Virus record (IMG/VR): IMGVR_UViG_3300045988_128817
Length of the DNA stretch: 38,184 nucleotides
Reading direction: 5' to 3' (one strand)
From: a virus
Under the pieces are notes generated by a model. The model made no database searches. It was not told the origin of the DNA and saw nothing but the letters and a program-made list of their open reading frames with translations. Position 1 is the stretch's first letter. Every line of letters starts with the position of its first letter. Made by a program: the position numbers and the translations under genes. Below, piece by piece: positions 1-6,598 of this stretch.

Positions 1-55
1 AGCTGGAGGAATAATATGGCGGTTGATATAGGTCTATGGTAAAATAAGGACAAGG
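1..55. repeat. Terminal direct repeat, copy 1 of 2 (exact copy of 38130..38184); a circular-assembly overlap rather than a biological repeat
   Basis: The first 55 nt (agctggaggaataatatggcggttgatataggtctatggtaaaataaggacaagg) are identical to the last 55 nt. Positions 1-14 duplicate the 3' end and TAA stop of the holin ORF. Confidence 0.9.
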
Positions 56-102
56 ATTACCGTTTGGCGGTCGGTCACTCTCTGATAAAGGGGGTGACGC
101 TT

Positions 103-189
103 ATGGTTACATACTCAGAGCTGTTTACATTCAGCTCGCTGATCGTGAGTATTATTACCCTTTGCGTGTTGTTACTGCGCAAGAAATAG
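103..189 (+). CDS. Small hydrophobic peptide, Hol-Tox-like / type I toxin-like (28 aa)
   Basis: Too short for the ORF track. ATG 103 follows AAAGGGGGTG at RBS distance. The product MVTYSELFTFSSLIVSIITLCVLLLRKK is one hydrophobic helix plus a basic C-terminus, as in Firmicutes putative holin-like toxin peptides. It lies directly after the holin across the circular junction. Confidence 0.5.
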   Translation: MVTYSELFTFSSLIVSIITLCVLLLRKK

Positions 190-247
190 CAAAGACCGCC
201 TAATCTGAGGATTAGACGGTCGCTTTGGAAAAGTATTTCTCGGACTG

Positions 248-278
248 ACCGCCGTACCAAAGGCGGTAATCCTTTTTT
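248..278 (+). terminator. Weak stem-loop with a distal T-run
   Basis: accgcc(248-253)/ggcggt(262-267) forms a 6-bp GC stem; TTTTTT at 273-278 lies 5 nt away. Confidence 0.3.
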
Positions 279-327
279 ATCTATATTAAGATTACCACGC
301 AGAGAGAACTTAATCAAGGAGATTTCA

Positions 328-352
328 GAGGAAGCCGGAAGGCTTCTTTTTT
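328..352 (+). terminator. Rho-independent terminator closing the holin/Hol-Tox transcript
   Basis: gaagcc(331-336) ggaa ggcttc(341-346) is followed by TTTTTT 347-352. The stem is extendable by A-U/G-U pairs. Confidence 0.7.
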
Positions 353-375
353 ATAAAGTAGTCTGATGATATTGG

Positions 376-427
376 TTGATATCATAATTTTTGTGTGATA
401 TGATAAATTTACCTAAAAGGTAAATTT
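376..427 (+). promoter_or_regulatory. Promoter of the higBA-like cassette with a palindromic operator at the start site
   Basis: TTGATA(376-381), 17-nt spacer, TGaTATGAT extended -10 (-10 hexamer 399-404). A perfect 9-bp inverted repeat follows immediately: aaatttacc(405-413)/ggtaaattt(419-427). A second inverted repeat, atgatat-N6-atatcat, sits around 366-385. Confidence 0.6.
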
Positions 428-442
428 GAAAGAGGTGACGCA

Positions 443-739
443 TTGCGAATCACATATAAAAGCAAGAAGATCGAAAAGGTGTGTACAGTTGCCTCAGAAG
501 CCGAAAAGAAATACGGCCTTGAAATGGCTGCTAAGATCCACCAGCGTATAGATGAAATAAGTAGTGCCGATACTATAGAGGAAATGGTTCAATTTAAACT
601 TGGTCGATGCCATCCGTTGAAAGGAGAACGAAAAGGGCAATATGCTGTGGATTTGGTTCAACCTAATCGATTAGTATTCCAAAAAGAGGGCGATGAAATT
701 CAAATTGCAAAGATAATGGAAATCGTAGATTACCATTAG
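443..739 (+). CDS. higB: HigB-family toxin (plasmid maintenance system killer, RelE/ParE superfamily)
   Basis: TTG start after AAGAGGTG. The C-terminal pattern CHPLKGERKGQYAVDL..NRLVF......IVDYH matches the HigB signature (LHPLKGdrkG...wRi.F....DYH). Confidence 0.85.
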   Translation: MRITYKSKKIEKVCTVASEAEKKYGLEMAAKIHQRIDEISSADTIEEMVQFKLGRCHPLKGERKGQYAVDLVQPNRLVFQKEGDEIQIAKIMEIVDYH

Positions 740-771
740 TTTTATTGTTGAGTTAGGAGGAGGTAACGAAA

Positions 772-1824
772 ATGATAAAGAGTCGTACTTTTATTGCAAC
801 GCCTCCAGGAGCAACTATAAAGGAACAGCTTCAAGACAGGGGGCTCAGCCAGAAAGAATTTGCTCTGCGTATGGGTATGTCTGAAAAACATATCAGCAAT
901 CTTATAAACGGCGACGTCAGATTGACCCCTGAAGTTGCTTTTCGTTTGGAAATGGTTCTGGGTATCCCTGCAAAATTTTGGAATAACTTGGAATCTGTTT
1001 ATCGTGATAAAATAATAAAGGCTAATGCTGAAAATGAAATGGATGCAGATATAGAGTTGATGAAAAAATTTCCATATCGTGAAATGGAAAGAAATGAGTG
1101 GGTGCCTCATGCAACAAATTCTGTGGAAAGAGTCATAAATTTACGGCAGTATTTTGGAGTTGCACAGTTGGCGATGGTTCAAGATTCACGTATTACTCGA
1201 ATAGCTTGCCGCAGGTTGTCTGAAACGGAAAAAGCTGACTTTGCTTTAATTGCATGGGCTCAAAAAGCAAAATTAGAATGCAGATCAATTCAAACAGGTC
1301 CTATTGATTTAAAACATTTACATGATATCATTCCTGAAATAAGAGAAATGACCGTAAAAGACCCTTCTGAATTTTGCTCTCAATTAACGCAGATGTTGGC
1401 GGAGTGTGGAATCGCCCTTGTGTTTCTACCGCATATTGGAGGTTCTTTTTTACATGGAGCTACGTTTTATGAGGGACAAAAGATAGTGGTTGGTCTTACT
1501 GTTCGCGGACGGGATGCGGATAGATTTTGGTTTAGTCTTTTTCATGAATTGGCACATATTTTAAAGGGCCATATTAATCAACTTGAGGGGACTTCAGATG
1601 AGGACGAGGATGAGGCCAATCAATTCGCAAAAAATACATTGATAGATATCAGAAGCTTTGAATCTTTTGTTGAAAACGGAGACTATAGAAAGGATGCTGT
1701 AATTCAATTTGCTGATTCAATCGGAATTGACAGGGGTATTGTAGTTGGACGTCTTCAGAAGGAAGGCTATATCCCATTTAATTGGTTTAACGATTTAAAG
1801 AAAAAATATGTTATTACAAATTAG
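772..1824 (+). CDS. higA: HigA-type XRE HTH antitoxin fused to a C-terminal ImmA/IrrE (COG2856) zinc metallopeptidase domain
   Basis: The N-terminus (IKEQLQDRGLSQKEFALRMGMSEKHISNLINGDVRLTPEVAFRLEMVLGIPAKFWNNLE) is HigA-like. The C-terminal half carries an intact HEXXH (FHELAHILKGH). RBS is AGGAGGAGG. Confidence 0.8.
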   Translation: MIKSRTFIATPPGATIKEQLQDRGLSQKEFALRMGMSEKHISNLINGDVRLTPEVAFRLEMVLGIPAKFWNNLESVYRDKIIKANAENEMDADIELMKKFPYREMERNEWVPHATNSVERVINLRQYFGVAQLAMVQDSRITRIACRRLSETEKADFALIAWAQKAKLECRSIQTGPIDLKHLHDIIPEIREMTVKDPSEFCSQLTQMLAECGIALVFLPHIGGSFLHGATFYEGQKIVVGLTVRGRDADRFWFSLFHELAHILKGHINQLEGTSDEDEDEANQFAKNTLIDIRSFESFVENGDYRKDAVIQFADSIGIDRGIVVGRLQKEGYIPFNWFNDLKKKYVITN

Positions 1825-1847
1825 TAAAAAATGTTGACGCTTCTTGA

Positions 1848-1873
1848 GCACTCTGCTTTGCAGGGTGCTTTTT
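1848..1873 (+). terminator. Rho-independent terminator between the TA cassette and the endolysin
   Basis: gcactctgc(1848-1856) ttt gcagggtgc(1860-1868) gives 9 bp with one G-U pair, then TTTTT 1869-1873. The endolysin RBS (GGAGGAAG) begins only about 5 nt further on. Confidence 0.7.
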
Positions 1874-1886
1874 ATATGGAGGAAGA

Positions 1887-2588
1887 ATGTACATCAAACA
1901 GCAGATTATCCCAAAGAGCAGAAAAACGCAGCGGCCGGGTATCGCCATGACTCCGCAGTTTATTACGATCCACAGCACAGGAAATCCGTCCAGTACAGCG
2001 CAGAACGAAGCGGACTATGTTTGTAAGAATTCTGTCCGTCAGGCATCGTTTCATTTCGTCTGCGACGAGAAGCAGGTGATTCAGGTGATTCCAACAAACG
2101 AGATTGCCTGGCACGCCGGAGACGGCGGCAGCGGTACAGGAAATCGGAAAAGTATCGCAATCGAAATCTGCGAGAGCGGCAATCGTAAGGCAGCCGTAGA
2201 TAATGCGGTGCAGCTGACGAAACAGCTTATGGATGAATTTAAAATTCAGCCGGGAAATGTCTTTCAGCATCATCATTGGAGCGGTAAGAACTGTCCGCGG
2301 ATTCTGAGGGATAATAAATACATAAAGGATAGAATCGACTGGAAATATTTCACGGCGAAAATCAGAGAAGAGGAGGAAGAGATGACACAGGAACAGTTTA
2401 ACAAGATGATGGACATATATCTGGAAGATCGTGCAGCACAGCCTCCACGTGACTGGTCAGAAGAAGATCGAAAGTGGGCGGAGAAAAATGGTATCATCCA
2501 GGGAGATCCTGACGGCGAGAAAAGATACGGTTCTTTCATCACCAGAGAAGAAGCGACAGCGATGATGCGAAGATTAGCAGAATTATAA
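1887..2588 (+). CDS. Endolysin: N-acetylmuramoyl-L-alanine amidase (Amidase_2/PGRP fold) with a short C-terminal SLH-like segment
   Basis: FITIHSTGN, ASFHFVCDE, AWHAGDG, SIAIEICES and HHHWSGKNCP are amidase_2 hallmarks. An EEEEE linker is followed by GIIQGDPDGEKRYGSFITREEATAMMRRL. Confidence 0.9.
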   Translation: MYIKQQIIPKSRKTQRPGIAMTPQFITIHSTGNPSSTAQNEADYVCKNSVRQASFHFVCDEKQVIQVIPTNEIAWHAGDGGSGTGNRKSIAIEICESGNRKAAVDNAVQLTKQLMDEFKIQPGNVFQHHHWSGKNCPRILRDNKYIKDRIDWKYFTAKIREEEEEMTQEQFNKMMDIYLEDRAAQPPRDWSEEDRKWAEKNGIIQGDPDGEKRYGSFITREEATAMMRRLAEL

Positions 2589-2617
2589 AAAAGCCGGGGG
2601 CACTCCCCGGCTTTTTT
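2587..2617. terminator. Bidirectional rho-independent terminator between convergent operons
   Basis: AAAAAA gccgggg(2593-2599) gcact ccccggc(2605-2611) TTTTTT. The A-run and T-run flank a 7-bp GC stem. Confidence 0.85.
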
Positions 2618-2688
2618 CTTTGGAGGTAACGTAATCATCAACTCTGCGCAATACTTCCAGCCTTCCGAAGCGCTTGCCTGATAGATCC

Positions 2689-3117
2689 TTAAATTTTATT
2701 TCCATCGCTATACGCATCATATATAGCATCTATGAGTCTGGCGAGATCGGATACTGTGAGCCTCTCAAAACAGGAATCTGGCACGCGCGATAGATTAGCC
2801 GAAAATGTATCTCCAAAGGCGCCTATTTTAGATTCTTTTCTTACAGCTGAAATTTTAGCCATTCCAACAATTTCCGGCAAACTAAAAATCGAAAGGTCGG
2901 TATCGGATGAAAATACATCAAAGTTGATATTTTCTAAATCCTCTATAGGATGACCGATTGCAGCGGACATTTTTTTTGCGGTTGATACCGTCATGTTGTC
3001 AATCGCAGTTTCGCCAGCTTCGTATTTTTGCCAAAGTCGGATATTGATTCCGACCCTTTCGGCGCATTCTCGCTGGGTAAGCCCAGCAAGTTTCCGTATT
3101 TTTCTTAAATTGCTCAT
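2689..3117 (-). CDS. XRE-family HTH protein with an unknown C-terminal domain (142 aa from the internal ATG)
   Basis: MSNLRKIRKLAGLTQRECAERVGINIRLWQKYEAGE is a classic XRE HTH. The start is moved to 3117 because the longer ORF overlaps the upstream gene. Confidence 0.7.
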   Translation of the reverse strand: MSNLRKIRKLAGLTQRECAERVGINIRLWQKYEAGETAIDNMTVSTAKKMSAAIGHPIEDLENINFDVFSSDTDLSIFSLPEIVGMAKISAVRKESKIGAFGDTFSANLSRVPDSCFERLTVSDLARLIDAIYDAYSDGNKI

Positions 3118-3127
3118 CTTGTTCTTC

Positions 3128-3511
3128 TTATCTTCCAACATATTCCATTGTTTCCGCGTTGATGTCGCTGTACTTCGTGCAAACATATTCATTTGCCACG
3201 AGATCGACATATCCGCAATCATATGTTCCTTTATAATTGCCTGCGAGAGTATAGCAGACGATCTTTAAGTATTCTCTCTTCTGTCCGTTCTTTTCCCAAA
3301 TCTTTGTAGTTACTTCACGTTCAACGCCTGCGTTGATGTGATAATCGTTATACTTCATCTTATTCAGGTTTTCTACTAACTTAGCCGTTAAATTTTCCAT
3401 CTTTTCTTTCGCTTCCTTCCACGCTTTTTTTAAAGCGGAAGACATGTCCATTTTTATTGCTTTAACTAATTCCCAAGCTCTTGTCATGATGTTTGATAAG
3501 TTGTATTTCAT
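3128..3511 (-). CDS. Hypothetical protein, first gene of a two-gene minus-strand cassette
   Basis: 127-aa ORF with a GGAGGAG RBS, transcribed from the consensus-like promoter at 3555..3583. No family recognised. Confidence 0.6.
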   Translation of the reverse strand: MKYNLSNIMTRAWELVKAIKMDMSSALKKAWKEAKEKMENLTAKLVENLNKMKYNDYHINAGVEREVTTKIWEKNGQKREYLKIVCYTLAGNYKGTYDCGYVDLVANEYVCTKYSDINAETMEYVGR

Positions 3512-3554
3512 TTCTTTCTCCTCCGCTTTTTGTTTTGCTTTATCTTATATCTAT

Positions 3555-3583
3555 ATAATACGCCAATAATGGCATTATGTCAA
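3555..3583 (-). promoter_or_regulatory. Near-consensus sigma-70-type promoter with a palindrome in the spacer
   Basis: On the minus strand: TTGACA(3583-3578), 17-nt spacer, TATTAT(3560-3555). A 13-bp palindrome ataatg-g-cattat occupies 3566-3578. Confidence 0.6.
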
Positions 3584-3694
3584 GTAGATATAAAAAATAA
3601 ATGCCAATATTGACGTATTTTTTTAGCGCACAGAAAAAGGCAAAGTTGTAGGTTCTGCCAAGGATTAAAAAAACTATATGTGGAATATTTATTA

Positions 3695-3740
3695 TTATCC
3701 TAATAATACTTTATATGTCGGTAATGTATTATTAGGATAA
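3695..3740. repeat. Perfect 15-bp inverted repeat with a 16-nt spacer; candidate attP core or integrase terminator
   Basis: ttatcctaataatac(3695-3709) / gtattattaggataa(3726-3740), 6 nt beyond the integrase stop codon. Confidence 0.4.
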
Positions 3741-3746
3741 ATTAAA

Positions 3747-5084
3747 TTATGAAAAAAATACTTTGAGATTCTGCTGATCATTCATCTCTATTCGCGTAAT
3801 GATGCGCCGCCATAAAGACCGCTTATTTTCATCTGTTAAAAGGTCGTAATCCGCGAGAAAGTCTGTATTTAAAATTTCTTTCAAGTGGGATATATTTTTT
3901 GGTTGTGATCTCTGATATTGCTCTTCTGCTTGGGCAAGATTCTGTTTTAGCTGCTCTGTTCGCCTGCGATAAGTCTCCTTATCCATGTTACCTTCCAGAT
4001 AGATATCATTGAGGCGTTCTATTTTCTGTCGCAGTGACATGACTTCGCTGGCGGCATCGCTACGTTTTGTCGCAGATTCTTTTGTTTCGGCAGCCACAAT
4101 ATACTCGCTCATCAAGCGTCGGATGTGACTGACAAGGTATTTCTCTATTTTGAGTTCTGATATGTGTTTGTGATTCTCGCATGAGTAGTCGTCGGTTGCC
4201 CGCGGGCAGCAGTAATATTTTACTGTTGTATATTTTCCTTTCATCCGGTGCCCACAATGCGCACAAAACAGAATTCCGGTGAAAATGTAAACTCTGCCGG
4301 TGGGAGTTCTTTTTATATGGCTGCCACGAAATATTTCTTGATTTTTGTCAAAACGCTCGCGGCTGATATATTGGGGACGATACCCGGAGATTCCCATATA
4401 TTCACCGGCGTATGCTGATCGGTGCAGAAGGCGGCGAATAAAAACAGCTGAAAAATCCGTTCCGTGTTTTTCATTGATATACTTCGTTGTCAGGGATGCG
4501 CTGTTTGTACGATCGAAAGTATTAAATATATCATGGACAACAGGCGCAGTTTCTTCGTCTATCACGGACTTTTTTTCTCCTTCGACGATTGCTATTTTAT
4601 AGCCGTACGGCTGTTTCCCGACGACCTGTTTTTTCTGTGCTTTGTTGTCTAAGACAAATTTTATACGCTCTCCTGTGCGCTCTGCCTCGTTCTGAGCTAC
4701 GGAAAGCATGATATTGACTTTCAGGATACCGTCGGCGCTTTCTGTGTTGTAGTCCTCTAAAATTGTTCTCCACGTTACTTTGTTTCGGTCGAGAACTTCC
4801 TGAACTCTGTAATATTCTTTCACCGATCTAAACCAGCGGTCGAGTTTGATAAACAGGATTTGGTCTATCTTACCCGCTTCCACATCCCGAAGCATTCTCG
4901 CCAGTGCGGGCCTTTTACTTGCCGATTTTCGGCCGGATATTCCCTCATCCACATATTCGCCGACAACTGTCATATTGTGATCTTTTGCATATTGGTGCAG
5001 CGCATCCTTTTGCGCCGGCAAACTGTAGCCGTGGAGCGCCTGTTCTTCGGTGGACACGCGCATGTATAATGCTACGCGTTTCAT
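3747..5084 (-). CDS. int: Large serine recombinase (phage integrase)
   Basis: Resolvase N-terminus MKRVALYMRVSTEEQ...GYSLPAQ, a recombinase domain, a Cys-rich zinc ribbon (CAHCGHRM...YYCCP) and a C-terminal coiled coil. Confidence 0.9.
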   Translation of the reverse strand: MKRVALYMRVSTEEQALHGYSLPAQKDALHQYAKDHNMTVVGEYVDEGISGRKSASKRPALARMLRDVEAGKIDQILFIKLDRWFRSVKEYYRVQEVLDRNKVTWRTILEDYNTESADGILKVNIMLSVAQNEAERTGERIKFVLDNKAQKKQVVGKQPYGYKIAIVEGEKKSVIDEETAPVVHDIFNTFDRTNSASLTTKYINEKHGTDFSAVFIRRLLHRSAYAGEYMGISGYRPQYISRERFDKNQEIFRGSHIKRTPTGRVYIFTGILFCAHCGHRMKGKYTTVKYYCCPRATDDYSCENHKHISELKIEKYLVSHIRRLMSEYIVAAETKESATKRSDAASEVMSLRQKIERLNDIYLEGNMDKETYRRRTEQLKQNLAQAEEQYQRSQPKNISHLKEILNTDFLADYDLLTDENKRSLWRRIITRIEMNDQQNLKVFFS

Positions 5085-5106
5085 GGATGTTTTTCCTCCC
5101 TTTTTC

Positions 5107-5496
5107 CTATAATCCTAATTGGGCCTTTAATGCTTCCTGCAAAGTGGCCGAAAAATTGATTCCAGCTTTTTCTGCTTCGTCATTCAGCCAAGATGGGATA
5201 GTGCAGTTCTTTCTGACGGAACGATTTTCGTTGCGTTTACGGTAATTATCAAAATCGACGTCTACCAATGTCTTAAATTGATTTCCCTCTGTTAAGACAG
5301 ATGAAATCGAAGATGGTTCCGGTACTGCCTTTTTTTCATCTTCCCAGTAACATCCGGTCATAGCGATAGCATCTCGAGCCATATCCATAGCCTCCGCCTC
5401 ATCTTCGCCTTGAGTATTGATGTCAAAATCGGGTATATAGACAACAAAACCGCCTTCCTCTGCTGGGGTTAAAACGATAGGATAAACTTTTTTCAT
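5107..5496 (-). CDS. hicB: HicB-family antitoxin with a C-terminal RHH-like DNA-binding tail
   Basis: MKKVYPIVLTPAEEGGFVVYIPDFDINTQGEDEAEAMDMARDAI is the HicB N-domain pattern. RBS is AAAGGAGGAA. Confidence 0.8.
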   Translation of the reverse strand: MKKVYPIVLTPAEEGGFVVYIPDFDINTQGEDEAEAMDMARDAIAMTGCYWEDEKKAVPEPSSISSVLTEGNQFKTLVDVDFDNYRKRNENRSVRKNCTIPSWLNDEAEKAGINFSATLQEALKAQLGL

Positions 5497-5532
5497 GAGA
5501 GATTCCTCCTTTTATCGAAACAGAGAACGGGT

Positions 5533-5706
5533 TTATTTCAGCCCGTTTCTCTTAATAATTGCTTTGGCAAGCACTTCCTTTATTTCAGGATGACGTGGAA
5601 TAGGTTCTGTATTTTTTCCGTTGGTGTAAATATCGTGATTTGCACCATTTCTGACCAGATACCAACCATTTTTTTCGAGCATCCTAATCAACTCCCTTCG
5701 TTTCAA
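5533..5706 (-). CDS. hicA: HicA-family mRNA interferase toxin (57 aa, absent from the ORF track)
   Basis: TTG start 9 nt after AAGGAGG. Hand translation gives (M)KRRELIRMLEKNGWYLVRNGANHDIYTNGKNTEPIPRHPEIKEVLAKAIIKRNGLK, matching the HicA pattern (G.H..y......t.iPrH.eik.gtl..Il). Confidence 0.8.
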   Translation of the reverse strand: MKRRELIRMLEKNGWYLVRNGANHDIYTNGKNTEPIPRHPEIKEVLAKAIIKRNGLK

Positions 5707-5729
5707 GTGCCGTACCTCCTTACAATTAT

Positions 5730-5783
5730 ATTATACGCATTAATACGCATAAAGTCAATGGAAAAATGCGTATTGATGCGTAT
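5730..5783 (-). promoter_or_regulatory. hicAB promoter flanked by four ATACGCAT operator-like repeats
   Basis: On the minus strand: TTGACT(5758-5753), 17-nt spacer, TATAAT(5735-5730). atacgcat at 5733-5740 and 5743-5750 faces atgcgtat at 5766-5773 and 5776-5783, forming a 17/18 inverted repeat around the -35. Confidence 0.65.
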
Positions 5784-5789
5784 TTTTTT

Positions 5790-5829
5790 ATAAAAATATC
5801 CCGCCCTCCTGCGCCAACAGGTGGGCGGG
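5790..5829 (-). terminator. Rho-independent terminator of the lipoprotein gene
   Basis: cccgccc(5800-5806)/gggcggg(5823-5829) plus inner cct/agg pairs. On the minus strand it is followed by atattttta. Confidence 0.7.
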
Positions 5830-5890
5830 TTGTTACGATAATTCCATTCATTCAGTTTTTAAAATAAATGTGAATACACATGGTATTGAT

Positions 5891-6439
5891 TTATGCATAT
5901 GATGCACTTTTTAAAATATTTTCAATTTCTTCAGACTGTTCTTTTGAATAATACGCAGATATTTCATATACTAATCCATTATCTTCCAATAGTATATTTG
6001 TTGTATATATTGTGTTTTCATCATCATCATTTATATATGTGCTATAACTATCAAATCTATCGGCGTATTTTCCGGCAATTTCAGTGGAGGATATTTCCGG
6101 AGTCGAGTGTTTTGAAGTTACACCATTATCAGAGGAATCTTCTATTTTTTGGGATTGAAATTCATATCTGTCATTTAAATATTTTGCTGAATTTCCTTTT
6201 GTTGTCATGGTGGGGTCAATGACATTGCACTCGAAAATTGTATGTGAGCCATCATCTCTCATATATACAGATGCGATTACTTCATCGCCACTGTCTATAG
6301 TTGGCTCTTCACGCGAGTATGAAGTAGGTATATCAAATGTTAAATTTTTAGCTGAAATTTTTGTTGTGCTCGTTCCGCAAGCGGCGAAACTGAAACATAT
6401 AAATGCTGCAATACAAAGCGTTAAAATTTTCTTTTTCAT
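5891..6439 (-). CDS. Prophage-encoded lipoprotein (182 aa)
   Basis: MKKKILTLCIAAFICFSFAAC is a signal peptide plus lipobox Cys. AAGGAGG lies 6 nt upstream of ATG 6439. The gene is AT-rich. Confidence 0.75.
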   Translation of the reverse strand: MKKKILTLCIAAFICFSFAACGTSTTKISAKNLTFDIPTSYSREEPTIDSGDEVIASVYMRDDGSHTIFECNVIDPTMTTKGNSAKYLNDRYEFQSQKIEDSSDNGVTSKHSTPEISSTEIAGKYADRFDSYSTYINDDDENTIYTTNILLEDNGLVYEISAYYSKEQSEEIENILKSASYA

Positions 6440-6485
6440 TTTTATCCTCCTTGTATAAGTAAAATGATTGATAATCAATAAGACA

Positions 6486-6512
6486 TATTTGCAAACATAA
6501 ATGTTGCAAATA
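6486..6512. promoter_or_regulatory. 9-bp perfect inverted repeat TATTTGCAA-N9-TTGCAAATA upstream of the lipoprotein gene
   Basis: tatttgcaa(6486-6494)/ttgcaaata(6504-6512). It shares the TTGCAA core with the 11-bp repeats at 8974..9006. Confidence 0.45.
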
Positions 6513-6598
6513 AATTAAATAACCCATTCAGGATTTAACTTACCGATAACTTGTCCAAAACATTTGTATGCATGATTTTTCTTCAGCACAATGTCAAT

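Noticed and set aside
1-55. Terminal repeat as att sites or a physical direct terminal repeat
   Set aside because: The repeat lies inside the holin 3' end, far from the integrase and terminase. Its 55-nt length fits an assembler k-mer overlap, and the HNH/P27 terminase set suggests cos packaging.
75-317. 80-aa minus-strand ORF at the start of the window
   Set aside because: It overlaps the RBS-supported Hol-Tox-like ORF and the plus-strand hairpins and terminators. It has no RBS and no recognisable motif.
742-1110. 122-aa minus-strand ORF
   Set aside because: It is antisense to the well-supported HigA-ImmA gene.
1844-2276. ORFs 1844..2026 (+) and 1872..2276 (-)
   Set aside because: They overlap the terminator and the amidase gene in other frames. 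The amidase frame carries all the family motifs.
5590-5793. 67-aa plus-strand ORF
   Set aside because: It covers the hicA coding strand and the hicAB promoter and operator in antisense. The minus-strand HicA reading has an RBS and a family match.
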